Origin: Felis catus
Taxonomy: Eukaryota
Length of the DNA stretch: 64,000 nucleotides
Reading direction: 5' to 3'
Assembly (NCBI RefSeq): GCF_018350175.1
Contig: NC_058368.1
Coordinates: 39,806,001-39,870,000 of the forward strand
The notes beneath the pieces are model-generated. The model was not told the origin of the DNA. It ran no database searches and worked only from the letters and a program-made list of their open reading frames with translations. The stretch's first letter is position 1, and each line of letters opens with the position of its first letter. The position numbers and the translations under genes are program-made. Shown in pieces: positions 12,827-25,440 of this stretch.

Positions 12827-15554
12827 TGAGCCAACTTAATAATTTATGGTATCAATTTCTGAAGTATCTTAGAGCTCCAGATATTCCTCACAATTTCCTA
12901 AGAAGCCACTATCCTTCTCCTTTTAAAGTGCTTTCATCCAGCAATGGCAATAAATTGAAAAATATTATATTTACCTTGTTGTTTTTTTGTTTGACAGTTT
13001 CACAAATACCATATTCTAATAAAATCATTGTTTATTAATATATTATGGCTCCATTAGGATTCAAATGTATTCATGTTATTGGCCTAGGAACCTAACATTT
13101 TAACATTTAACATTTTTAACCTTAAAATAACTATTTTTAACATTATTTACCTGGGAACTTTTCTGCATATTGAAAACAACAACTATAACATTAACTATTG
13201 AAAAGCAACTAATTTGTTACTTAGGAGTGATTATGGTTCTTGTAGTTCTCTTTTTTTGACCCATTTCTGTTTTAAACGTCTCAATATTTATAATCAAAAC
13301 TTTTCATATTATCATAATTTAACATTATTTCACAATTGAACTGTCCCTTACATTTGAAAATACTAAAATTCTATAGCAGCAAATGATATAAACAATATCA
13401 TATAATGAAAAACTTAACAGTTTAAATGAAATTAATCTCTTGGAAATTACAATAAAATGGAAGTCATAGGATGAGATTATGTGAATTGCAGGTTCAATTT
13501 TTATGAACACGTATACAGGTTTCACTGGAGGGCTTTTTTCCTCTCTCTAGAGCTCTAGAGGCTGCACACCAGGTTAAATCAACTGACCTCCTCATCCTAG
13601 TTTCCTCTGGGCTATTTCATTTTCTACATCGTTCTATTTAACCCCTAATGTATTTTTCAGGAACTCTTTAACCTTCTCCAATAAATGCACAAGCCTTTAG
13701 GGATGTTCGGAGTTTGTGACTATTTGTTTTTAATTGATTGGAGTTTTCTTAAAAAAAAAAAAAAACAAAATAAAATCAGCTTGTAGGGGCACTCTTACAC
13801 AGTACATTCAATGGCCAGTTACAGTTAATTTTACAGTGTTTTACACCAACCAAATTATTTTAAACTAAACTAATGAAATTTGTTGATAGAACTCAAAGTC
13901 CTATTATCAACTGAGAAGAAGAAAAGAGAACATCAGACTAAAGTAATAATAAACCGTAAGGGTGAAGAGAAACATAGAACTTTTTGGTTGCAATTCTAAA
14001 GAGGAGATAAGAAGCATGAAGATTAGAGCCTATACAGAATAGGTTGCTAAATGGGAGAAGCAAATATTTATTTTTTTCTTTGAAGTACAAATGTCACAAC
14101 TACTCCCACTACCAATCTTCCCTTCTACAGTGTGGAAGAAAATATTCATACAATTGTCAAAATTATGTTAAACGAGTTATCATAATCTATCAGATAAAAG
14201 GTCTCATTTTAAAGAGACCTAATGTTTAGGTCTAAGCCTTAGGTTTTATTTGTATTTCAGGATTCTATCAAGAAAGAGAACATTGTAATACCTGCCGGTT
14301 GCTGCCAAATAGGCAAATGAATGGTAGAATGCATTCCCAAAAGTAAATTCCACAAAGAGGAGTCTACATGAATAAGGAAATGACAACAACAAAACAATCC
14401 TAACTTCTCTGTTCTTATTACTGTACAATCCACATAAATATTGCAGTCTTTTAACAAGATTTAACTTTAAGAGACTATGATCAACATGAGAAAGCTCCTT
14501 AATCAAAGGAACTGTGTCTCGTGGTTTAATGTGCCCGAAGTACAGGAGGATCAAAATAAATGTGCACCAAGTGAGTTTACCTCACACAAGTGTTGTTGTC
14601 ATAGTAGTGAAATGGAATAGCTTAATAATAGCATGAGCTTGAGGTTTTTGTTTTTGCTACAGTGCTTTGCAAGAGAAAATATTTTTAAGAGACCATAATA
14701 TGCTATAAAATTTCCATTTCATGTCACTATAACTAAAATCCATGTGTTAGAACAAATTATCTTTAGTTTAAATATAGTCTCCTGATATCTCCTAATTGGA
14801 ATAGTTACTTATGTTATAATTTAGAAAAAAAAGTTGCTTTTCAAATTAGATCAGTCTCTTGGAAATTACAATATATATGTGTACATTTCAGAAATTTGAT
14901 TATTCCAAAAGATAACTTTTTTCTCAATATTAAAATCCATGTTGATGAAATAATTCTACAATTATCTATTAACTAGAAAATAGATTATGTGTTTGATCCT
15001 GCCTAAATAATCTAATGCATTAAAAGCATGTTGAACTGTGCCTACCTTCTATAAAATGTACAATGATTCATGGTTCTTTGCTCCACTTCTCAGACTTTTT
15101 CAAATATTGAGTTTAAACTCAACAGGCTTAAATTTTCAAAGGGATTTACTTTGAATAATAGGGGTTTATTTTGAATAATAAATAATATGAAGCTTTAAAG
15201 ATTACAGGAAATTGAACACAATTCTGATAGTGCAAGCTTATACACTGTTTAAAGTTGGGATAAACTGTAGTGTCAAATAAAAAATGTGTTCTGTTCATCA
15301 AGAGAAATTTTCAGAAAATTTCTAAATACAAAGCATAGACAACTGTTCCAAATGGCTATCAATTTATTTCTAGGGAGAAAATTATATGGAATTATCAGTA
15401 TTGCCCTTCATACCTAACATGAAATCATTTAAAATGTATATAATGCTGCGGTTTTTTAAATAAAAATTTCAGTTACATTAGTTATTTTCATTAACATATG
15501 CCCTGACATATGACAGATGCTATATGACATAACTAATGTCATTACTCATTCAAT

Positions 15555-15812
15555 TTTTATGCATGCAATGATATAAATTATGTTCTAAAATATATTTAAA
15601 ACTGTAACTGAAACTATTTTTAGTATTAGAAATCCTTGTGGAGGGAAAAGGAGTGATGACTGGGAGGAGCATAGTAGTGACATGGGGTGTCTTAGGTGCT
15701 AGGAATATTCTACTACTTGTACTCGACAGTGGTTGCATGGCTATGTGATCTTTGTAAAAATTCTCCAAACCACACACTTACAAATTCCTGTACATTTGTC
15801 TCCTTATGTTGA
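15555..15812 (+). mobile_element. Old L1 (L1ME-like) 3' UTR fragment
   Basis: gactgggaggagcat...ggtgctaggaatattcta...ggttgcatgg...ttgtaaaaattc. Confidence 0.6.
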
Positions 15813-15929
15813 CATGGGTCTTTCCTAGGATCAGCTAGCCAGATGACACTTGAGTGAAGCCAGCCGTCAGCCTTCTGCATATTTATAACTTCCAATCAGC
15901 TTTCAGCTTCACTATCTGTAACATGCGTA

Positions 15930-16505
15930 TACAAAGAGCTCAAAACATCTGAGAAAATTCTATAATGTGAAAAAGAACAAAGCACAACAAATGAACAGCA
16001 GGAAAACACTTTGAAACAAAGACTAAACAAGAACATCCTCCAAAATACATATTAATATACTCCAAAATACAAGAAATCTAATACCATCAGGCAACAAAAA
16101 CCAGGATCCACTACAAAATAAGATCATTCAAAGAACACAAACATGTGGCTAGTAATGAAAAACTCTATAAAAAATCTGAAGATCCAAGTGAAGACATCTC
16201 CCTAAAAGGCAAGCAGAAGACAAATATATGAAAATAAGGAAAGAAAATATAAAATTGGTGGATACTGGTGCATCAGTCTGGGAGTTCCACTAACTAACTA
16301 ATAAGAGTTCTATAAAAAAAGAACAAAGAAAATAAAGTGGAGGAAATTAAGAAATAATGCAAAATGATTTTACAGAATTTAAGAATCTGAACTTTTGGTT
16401 AAAAGAATCCACTAGGTGCAAGTACAATGAATGAAAACAGAAATATAAGAAACCGGGTAGAAAAGAACATCCCAAATATTTTTAGGGCCAAGGGTATAGT
16501 GAGAA

Positions 16506-16542
<37 letters not shown>

Positions 16543-17400
16543 TTTCATATAAAATATCAAAGTATCAAGTGATCTTGGAAGCCATCAGACAGAGCAGCAA
16601 CATCTCACACATCAAAAAAAACTATTGTCCACCATGAATTTTACAAGCCATCAAATGACCACTTAAGTGTAAGGGTAAAATAAAGATAATTTCATATACT
16701 TAATGTCTCTACGAATTTAACTCCATGAACCCTTTCCCAGAAAATTACTAGACAAAGTGTTCAAGCAAATTAGGGAATCAAACAAGAAAGCAAGAGATAT
16801 GGGATCCAGTAAAAAGGCTTTAAACAAAAGAAATATGTGAGCAGAATTATTGAAATGATGTCAGTGGTGGTCTCTGGAACACAGATGTGTAGCAGGGCTG
16901 GTGACAAACCAAGCACTTTTGTAAGGTTGGAAGGCTCCTGGGGGAGGCTTGTTTGTAATGGTGACACAGAAACACACACACACATGCACCACATGCAGGC
17001 ACACACGCACACACACATATACACACACACACATACATCTGAGAGCATTTGATGATAAATTAGGGATAAATGAATGACAAGCTAAACAAATGGGACAAAA
17101 ATATGATTATTCTCTTCAAAAAATGTTTCTCTGGGGACAGTATATTTCATGTCCAATTGTCAATGTAGTGTGAGAAGATATAAAGATAACAAATCTCACT
17201 TTTTCAGCGTGGAGTCAATTACCTATTGATTGGAGCATTGTCTATGCTCCTTCTTAAAAAAGAAAGAAGCAATATACGTATATTATTTAGAGATACAGAG
17301 GAAAGTATAGGAGTAACTTAAAGAAAATAGAAATGATAACCTCTGAGGAAAGGCAAAAGGGGACTTCTGTTTTCTGGTTAAAAAAAAGTTTGTAGATTTT
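15930..17400 (+). mobile_element. HAL1 (half-L1) decayed element with internal GA and CA repeats
   Basis: A-rich ORF1-like decay; gaaaattactagacaaagtgttc...aaacaagaaagcaagagatatgggatccag resembles HAL1; ends approximate. Confidence 0.55.
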
Positions 17401-17580
17401 TCAATACCCTTACATGCAGAACTTTGACAGATTTTAAGAATAATAATACTTAAACATACTAGGAACCATGCTCAGATCAGTTTCTTCACTTATCAAAGGA
17501 AGTAGATGATGCCAAAAATAGTTAGCTCATTTTGAGGCAACAATATAATGGCTAAGCTAAGTTAATGATAGAAGCCTTTA

Positions 17581-17782
17581 GGGGCTCCTGAGGAGCTCAG
17601 TCAGTTAAGCATCCTACTCTTGATTTCTGCTTCGGTCATGATGTCACAGCTCAGGGACAATGACAGTGCAGAGCCTGCTTGAAATTCTCTCTCCTTCCCT
17701 CTACCTCTATTCTTCCCCTGCTCACACACATGCGTATTCTCTCTCTCTCTCTCTCAGAATAAATAAATAAACATGAAAAAAA
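17581..17782 (+). mobile_element. Can-SINE (older, diverged)
   Basis: Head, CT tract, aataaa tail; TSD agaagccttt. Confidence 0.9.
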
Positions 17783-18879
17783 AGAAGCCTTTGGACTACC
17801 AGGCAGTTGGTCTCTTCTTAAAGAAAGTGGAAAGTGGTCCCTTTCTTAAGAAAACCACTCAGGAATGGACCTATCTACTGAAACTTGCAGGCCAAAAAAA
17901 AAAAAAAATGTCATGAAATCTTCAATGTGATAAACAGGAAAAATATACAGCCAAGAATCCTTTATCCAGCAAGCCTGTCATTCAGTACATAAGGAGAGAT
18001 AAAGGTTTTCTCAAACAAATAAAAACTGAAGGAATTCATCACCACTAAACCAGCCCTACAAGAGATCCTAAGGGGGACTCTGTGAGTGAAGTGTTGCAAG
18101 GACCACAAAGTACCAAAGACATCACTACAAGCATGAAACCTACAGATAACACAATGACTCTACACCCATATCTTTCAATAATAACACTGAATGTAAATTG
18201 ACTAAATGCTCCAATCAAAAGACACACGTTATCAGAATGGATTGCCATTTGCAAGAGACCCATTTTAGACCAGAGGACATCTTCAGATTGAAAGTGAGGG
18301 GATAGAGAACCATCTGTCATGCTACTGGAAGTCATACTTATATTAGACAAACTAGACTTTTAATTAAAGGCTATAACAAGAGATGAAGAAGGGCATGATA
18401 TAATAATTATGGGGTCTGTCCATCAGGAAGAGCTAACAACTATAAATGTCTATGCACCAAATTGGAAAGCTCCCAAATATATAAAACAATTAATCACAAA
18501 CATAAGCAATCTTATTGATAAGAACGTGGTAATTGCTGGGGACTTTAATCCTCCACTTATAACATTGGATAGATTATCTAGACAGAAAATCAATAAAGAA
18601 ACAATGGCCCTGAATGACACACTGGACCAGATGGACTTGACAGATATATTTAGAACTTTTCATCCTAAAGTAGCAGAATATACTTTCTTCTTGAGTGCAC
18701 ATGGAATATTCTACAAGACAGATCACATACTGGGTCACAAAACAGCCTTCAATAAATATAAAAGGATTGAGATCATACCACGTGCACTTTCAGATCACAA
18801 TGCTATGAAACTTGATATCTACCACAGGAAAAAGTTTGGAAAACCTCCAAATGCATGGAGGTTAAAGAACATTCTACTA

Positions 18880-19094
18880 GGGGCGCCTGGGTGGCTCAGT
18901 CGGTTGAGCGCCCGACTTCGGCCCAGGTCATGATCTCGAGGTCCGTGAGTTCGAGCCCCGCGTCGGGCTCTGTGCTGACAGCTCGGAGCCTGGAGCCTGT
19001 TTCAGATTCTGTGTCTCCCTCTCTCTCTGACCCTCCCCTGTTCACGCTCTGTCTCTGTCTCAAAAATAAATAAACATTAAAAATTTTTTTTAAA
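18880..19094 (+). mobile_element. Young Can-SINE (SINEC_Fc) inside L1 ORF2
   Basis: CpG-rich body; TSD aaagaa(c/a)attctacta at 18864-18879 and 19095-19110. Confidence 0.97.
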
Positions 19095-19434
19095 AAAGAA
19101 AATTCTACTAAAGAATGAATGGGTCAAGCAGGCAATTAAAGAACAAATTCAAATATATATGGAAACAAATGAAAATGAAAACACAACAATTCAAACCTTT
19201 GGGATGTAGCAAAGGCAGTCCTAAGAGGAAAATACATTGCAATGCAGGCCTATCTCAAGAAACAAGAAAAATCCCAAAATAAAAATCTAACAGCACACCT
19301 AAAGGAAATAGAAGCAGAACAGCAAAGAAACCCCAAACGCAGCAGAAGAAATCATAAAGATCAGAGCAGAAATAAACAATATAGAATCCAAAAACATAGT
19401 ATAACAGATCAATGAAACTAGGTATTGGTTTTTT

Positions 19435-19638
19435 TCAACGTTTATTTATTTTTGGGACACAGAGAGACAGAGCATGAACGGGGGAGGGGCAGAGAGAGAG
19501 GGAGACACAGAATCGGAAACAGGCTCCAGGCTCTGAGCCATCAGCCCAGAGCCTGACGCGGGGCTCGAACTCACAGACCGAGAGATCGTGACCTGGCTGA
19601 AGTCGGACGCTTAACCGACTGCGCCACCCAGGCGCCCC
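19435..19638 (-). mobile_element. Very young Can-SINE (SINEC_Fc) inside L1 ORF2
   Basis: CpGs largely intact; perfect TSD taggtattggtttttt at 19419-19434 and 19639-19654. Confidence 0.97.
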
Positions 19639-20102
19639 TAGGTATTGGTTTTTTGAAAAAATAAAATTGATAAACCTCTAGCCAGGCTTCTCAAAAAGAA
19701 AAGAAAGAGGACCCATACAGATCAAATCATGAATGAAAATGGATTTACTACAACCAATCCCTCAGAAATACAAGCAATTATCAGGGAATACTATGAAAAA
19801 TTATATGCCAACAATGTGGACAACCTGGAAGAAATGGACAAATTCCTAAACACCCACACACTAACAAAACTCAAAAGGGAAGAAATAGAAAATACGAACA
19901 GATCCATAACTAGTAAGGAAATTGAATCAGTTATCAAAATCTCCCAACAAATAAAGAATCCTGGACCAGATGGCTTCCCTGGGGAATTCTACCAGATATT
20001 TAAAGCAGAGTTAATACCTATCCTTCTCAAGCTGTTCCCAAAAATAGAAATGGAATGAAGACTTTGGGACTCATTCTACGTAACCTTAAAAATAATAGGA
20101 TA

Positions 20103-20307
20103 GAGGCGCCTGGGTGGCTCAGTCAGTTAAGCATCCGACTTTGGCTCAGGTCATGATCTCACGGTTCATGGGTTCAAGCCCCACATCGGGCTCTGTGCTG
20201 ACAGCTCAGAGCCTGGAGCCTGTTTCAGATTCTGTGTCTCCCTCTCTCTCTGCCCCTCTGCTGCTCATGCTCTGTCTCTCACAAAAATAGATAAACATTT
20301 AAAATTC
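20103..20307 (+). mobile_element. Can-SINE
   Basis: Full body; degenerate TSD cttaaaaataa...gata. Confidence 0.95.
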
Positions 20308-20663
20308 TTAAAAATAAGATAACAGCCACAAGGATAGGCCCATCTCATGTAGAGAACTGTCCCTTGTAGAATTCATGAGGATGAACATCTTCTGGCTCAA
20401 GTTGGTTCTTTAATACAGGATTTGTAAGTTTTCTAATTTCTAGTTAGTAATGCCAAGTGAGTAAGGAGCCAGTTCTGGAAAGATGCACATAGGTACATGC
20501 ACACAGAACTTCTATTACATTCTTCCTTAGAGTTTTATTCTCATCTTTCCTCTGAGCTTGATGTTTCCAAGGTAGTAAAACATAATCTCTGCTTTCCTGG
20601 ATAACTAAATCCTTCAGGGGCTACAGCCTAATCTTATTCTTGCAGTATCACTTTTACAGATTT

Positions 20664-20801
20664 TACAGATTTTATTTTATTTATTTTTATATATATATAT
20701 TATTTATTTATATATATTGTTATATTATTATATTATATTATATATATATATTATATATATATAATATATATATAAATATATATATTATTTATTTTATTAT
20801 T
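20664..20801. repeat. Near-pure A/T low-complexity tract flanked by direct repeats
   Basis: Directly visible; flanks tatca(c/a)ttttacagattt. Confidence 0.9.
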
Positions 20802-21266
20802 TATCAATTTTACAGATTTCTCAACTGAGGACTGGCAAACCACAGACCTGTGGGTATGTCTGGATTCACTGAAAATAAACACTAAAATTAAATATTGTTT
20901 CATTTGTACATGCTTACCTTGAATATCATAACTCCCAGTGTAATGAATGGAACAGATGCAAACATAGTTTAACATTTTCAAGGCAGCTTTCTGGGCTAGC
21001 CCCAGGGATGTACAGCTTTGTTTAAATTTGGCTTATATCAGCAATGAGAAGCTCACATTTGGGGATAAAAAAACTTGGGAACTATAGCTTCTCATACTTT
21101 CCTCAACATTAAAAAAAAATCAAAATCCCTTGCTTTGACATAGGACAAATTATCAATGATATATGCAGGAAAGACCAGGGGCAAGGCGGGAGGAAGAGAA
21201 GCTAAGAATACAGCTTTATTAAAAGAATCTACAATAAGTCATCTAAACCATCTAAACAATTATTCA

Positions 21267-21478
21267 GGGGCGCCTGGGTGGTTCAGTCGGTTGAGCGTCC
21301 GACTTCAGCTCAGGTCATGATCTCACGGTTCGCGAGTTCAAGACCCACGGGGGGGTGCTCTGTGCTCACAGCTCAGAGCCTGGAGCCTGCTTCAGATTCT
21401 GTGTCTCCCCCTCTCTGTCCCTCCCTTGCTCATGCTCTGTCTCTGTCTCAAAAATAAATAAAAACATTTAAAAAAATT
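21267..21478 (+). mobile_element. Can-SINE
   Basis: TSD taaacaattattca on both sides. Confidence 0.96.
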
Positions 21479-21720
21479 TAAACAATTATTCAACCTACTC
21501 ATTTTTTTTATTGTCCCTAGAAGCAAGTTACAAATGACAGCCAGTGAAAAGTTTAAATGAAACAGATACAAGGAGACATGTGACTTTGTTTAGGAAAAAA
21601 ATGATAAGGAGGAAACTTGTGCATATCACAAGCATTATTAATTTGGGAAAAAAGTAATTGTTTTCTTTACATTTATTCATTTTGTTAATTATTTTGCATT
21701 TATAAAATTTCACTATGTCA

Positions 21721-21836
21721 GGGTGCCTGGGTGGCTCAGTTGGTTAAGCGACAAGCGACAGGCTCTTGATTTCAGCTCAGGTCATGACCTCACAGTCATG
21801 AGATGGAACCCCAAGGCAGGTGTGGAGCCTGTTTAA

Positions 21837-21885
<49 letters not shown>

Positions 21886-21922
21886 TCTGTCCCACCCCAC
21901 CCACCCTCTCTCAAAAAAAATA
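21721..21922 (+). mobile_element. Can-SINE with long (CT)n tract
   Basis: Head and tail visible; TSD actatgtca. Confidence 0.92.
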
Positions 21923-21964
21923 AATCTACTATGTCATCCAGAAATAATAGCAACATTTGTCTTT

Positions 21965-22156
21965 CTGTTTTAAGTTTATTCATTTATTTTGAGAGAGAAA
22001 GAGAGGAAGAGAGAGAGGGAGTAAGAGAATCCCAAGCAGGCTCTGTGCTGTCACCACAGAGTCCGACGCAGCTCTTCATTCCATAAACCGTGAGATCATG
22101 ACGTGAGCTGAAATCAAGAGTTGAAGTCTTAACCAACTGAGTCACCTGGGCACCCC
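21965..22156 (-). mobile_element. Can-SINE
   Basis: Antisense body ending gggcacccc; degenerate TSD agca(a/g)cattt. Confidence 0.92.
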
Positions 22157-22199
22157 AGAGAGCAGCATTTCTTTCCCAGAATTTATCCTAAATAGTGTT

Positions 22200-22425
22200 T
22201 TTTGTTTGTTTATTATTATTTTTAACGTTTATTTATTTTTGAGAGACAGAGACAGAGCATGAGTGGGGAGAGGACAGAGAGAGAGGGAGACAGAGAATGC
22301 GAAGCAGGCTCCAGGCTCTGAGCTGTCAGCACAGAGCCTGATGTGAGGCTCGAAACCCACAAACTTTGAGATTACAACCTGAGCCAAAGTCAGATGCTTA
22401 ACTGAATGAGCCACCCAGACACCCC
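22200..22425 (-). mobile_element. Can-SINE
   Basis: Antisense body ending gagccacccagacacccc. Confidence 0.95.
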
Positions 22426-23279
22426 AATAATGTTTGTTTTAAATCTAGGAATTAATTGCATTTTGTGTGCTACCTATAGCATAGAGGTCCACTTTACAGA
22501 AAATCACCTCACTGATAAATAAATAGGGTGCTATTATTTTGTCCTTGGGAAGACTTTTGGCTATTACCCTGCTAGCTAGGGGAATGTCTGCATTTCTAAC
22601 TAAGAACAATATTCTATTTCCTACAAATCACGATACTCAAATGTCATAACCTGCCAGTGAGTGAAGAGTTTGTCTTCATTATATATATTTGTGATGCCAA
22701 TAACAAGTTATAGTATATTTTCTTGAGAGTCACAAATATTAATACACTCACCAATTATGGCTCATAATGAAAAGGAAATTCCACTCTTGCACTTGAGACC
22801 AGATTTCTTTATTAGTGTAGGGGCTATTCACAATAAGCTAAAATATGTTTTCCTCTAATGAATTCCATAGGCCAATTCTTGTAACAACTTAAAGCCTTCT
22901 GGGCACTACACCCCTTCTTAAATAAAAGCTCTATTCTCAGCAGGAAACCAGGCCAGTAAATACATGGAAATTATTAAGAAAATCGACTGATTTTTAAATA
23001 GATTTTTAGGCAGGTCACTTCAATGCCAGTGACGTTTGAAATATTGTTGCTTGGAAATTTAATATGTATTCCACTTTTTAGAATTTTAATTGACATTGGC
23101 ATAGAAAGTCAAAGAGTAAGATTGTTCCTGCTTATATTGTGCTACTTATAAGGTCTAATCCCCTTTTTTATACTTGTTGGTCAAAGCAAAATATAATGAA
23201 ATGCATGTTACCTTGAAATGGGCATATTACTCGTGGTAAATTTGTCTGCATCTGATAGATGTTTTGAGGTAGAATTTGT

Positions 23280-23810
23280 GTTAGTTGAATCTCTTGGTTT
23301 TAGGTAAAGAAACCCAATTGGCTATCTTTTAAAAACAAATAAAAGGTAAGTAATCCACAGGAAAATATTACAGACCTTAGTTTTAGACAGAAGGTAGACT
23401 AAGTCATTGGCTAAAGCCACCAGAGGTCTTTGCATATGTGGTGTTCTCTGTATATCAGCTTCATTTCCTTTTCTTTCTGTTGACATATTTTGTAAGTAAA
23501 GATCCCCAAGGCAGAATACAGATAGCTCAAATTTTCATATTTCATATGTTAAAGTTATAAATTTACAAACACAGAGAACAGAAACAAAATAAAAAACAAA
23601 ACCAAATATAAGTCCATGAATTGCCTCACATTTTCAGGAAATAAATTCTGATTGGCTTAAATTGTGTCAACTCCCTACAATTCCCAAGTCAACTATAGTC
23701 ATAGGATAAGGTTGTATAATGAAACATGAGTCTTAGGGGTTCAGACCTATGAGTAATAGTCATTTTCCAGGGGAATAAAGATGTATTATAAGCAAGTCAG
23801 ACATTTTAAT
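23280..23810 (-). mobile_element. Old MLT1-type LTR (highly diverged)
   Basis: tctcttggttttaggtaaagaaacccaattgg start and attctgattggcttaaattgtgtca internal motif. Confidence 0.4.
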
Positions 23811-24519
23811 AGATTTGTAGCATGGTATTGTTTCCATGATTATGATATTTCACCACCATAAATTATAGTATATATTACAATAATTGATCAAATATAGGAT
23901 ATAAATGAAATATAAGATTTATTTAGCAGTTTGATATAGGAACGTATTATTAAAAATCTGCAATTTGCCAAGAGTTTGCTTTAATTAGGAAAATGTTTAG
24001 AGAACAGATATAATGTCTACTTTCATTTGGTGAATTCTTCTGGAGGCAAACAGATGGTCAGGGCACATTTAAACTTTATGAATATCAGAAATAAATAGGG
24101 ATCAAGTATGCATTTAGAAAGAGGTGAAAGGCATATGATCCTTCTCATCCCAAATTCTAGGCAAAGCCATATTTGGTAAAATATACCAAAGATGATCACT
24201 GAAGCAACATAAATATTAGAATAAAGACTTTGAAATATGAATGACAGTTCTGACCTGCCTGGTAAAATCATTTGGAAATGTATAACTGAAAAAATTGCAT
24301 GTACTTTTATATACAAAAGATGAATATGTATTTGGATAAACTATACTTACAAGCTTTATAAAATTTACTTTTTTAGATTGATTCTATTTTGTTTGGCTCC
24401 TTTTGATACATAAAAAGCATAGTCTTAATGACCCGAGCATTATTCCATTTGGGGTGGACGACAGTAGAACTTAATTTGAGACAGATACTAACAAGATGTT
24501 TACCAACTTAGTGTCCTTA

Positions 24520-24970
24520 TTCTAGACATACAGGAAGATTATCTTTCTCAGTCTTACTTATAACTATGCTGGGGTCATGAACTGGATCCTAGCCAAATGT
24601 AAGGCTAGAAATGATGTATGTGAATCCAAGCCTTGTTATACAACAGTTTGCAGACTCTTCCACATCTCTGTCTTTGAACACTAGCTGGAAGAATGCAAAA
24701 GATCTAGAAGACAACTCTTTGGGGTCCCTAGGAGAAGGTGGAGAAGAAGGTACCTAGGAGGAAGGCTCTTTCCCTTAGTTGCCACTGAAGAGATCTCTCC
24801 AGTGCAGTTATCCACTGTCATCTGCTTCTGATTTGAATAAGAAATAAAAATTTATTGCATTAAGTCTCTAAGATTTTAATTTTTAAGTTTATTTCTTTAG
24901 TAACCTCTATACCCAAAGTGGGGGTCTAACTCATGACCCCGAGATTAAGATTTTAAACTGTTTATATACC
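24520..24970 (+). mobile_element. Old MLT1-type LTR interrupted by a short SINE fragment
   Basis: ggggtcatgaactggatcctagccaa...agaaatgatgtatgtg; 3' aagaaataaaaatttattgcattaagtc. Confidence 0.5.
24880..24945 (-). mobile_element. 5'-truncated short-type Can-SINE
   Basis: tagtaacctctatacccaaagtggggg...aactcatgaccccgagat; TSD taagattttaa at 24869-24879 and 24946-24956. Confidence 0.8.
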
Positions 24971-25269
24971 AGGTATCACGCATGGCCCAGGCTTAAATGA
25001 TAGTGTAATTGTGATTCTTATTTATACTATAAAAGAGCAACCATATCTTATAATTTTCCAATATTTTAAAGTCAGTGCTCACTCTTACTGCTTGTAGTTT
25101 GAAGTTTGTTAATGAGTTCTTTTTCTTCAAAGGAAACAAACAAAACAAAACAAGAAACCAGATTGTTCCTTCAAGTTCTAAGGCATCTTTTTAAAACAAT
25201 TTTAGACTGACATGCTTCCACCACTGAAGAATAAACACTATATGAAGGGAAAGGAGTGTATTGTCAGGA

Positions 25270-25440
25270 GAATTGAACTTTTAGAAGATATACTTTCATT
25301 TTTAGTTCTACCATCTACTAGCTGTAGGGCCTAAGGCAAGCAATTTTAAGTATCTGGGTTTCAATTTCCTCATATGTAACATGAAAGAGTTAGAGCAGAC
25401 CCCCAAGGTCCCATCCAATTCCAAGATTTAATGATCTAGG
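25270..25440 (+). mobile_element. MIR fragment
   Basis: ctactagctgtagggcctaaggcaag...tctgggtttcaatttcctcatatgtaa...aaggtcccatccaattcc. Confidence 0.65.

Larger units (their letters stand above)
17868..20080 (+). mobile_element. Felid L1 internal fragment: ORF1 3' end, spacer, ORF2 endonuclease region (pseudogenised)
   Basis: ORF2 ATG at 18154; EN motifs [34 protein letters not shown]; closely similar to the antisense copy at ~44365-46160; two SINE insertions. Confidence 0.95.

Noticed and set aside
14261..14335. Possible coding exon after ttttatttgtatttcag
   Set aside because: Plausible acceptor but no convincing donor and no recognisable peptide
18409..18933. Longest ORF (174 aa) as a functional endonuclease or fusion gene
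   Set aside because: Partial L1 ORF2 EN domain with upstream deletions and frameshifts, running into a SINE; no sign of domestication
18880..18965. tRNA genes at SINE heads
   Set aside because: A/B boxes belong to tRNA-derived Can-SINE heads followed by SINE bodies
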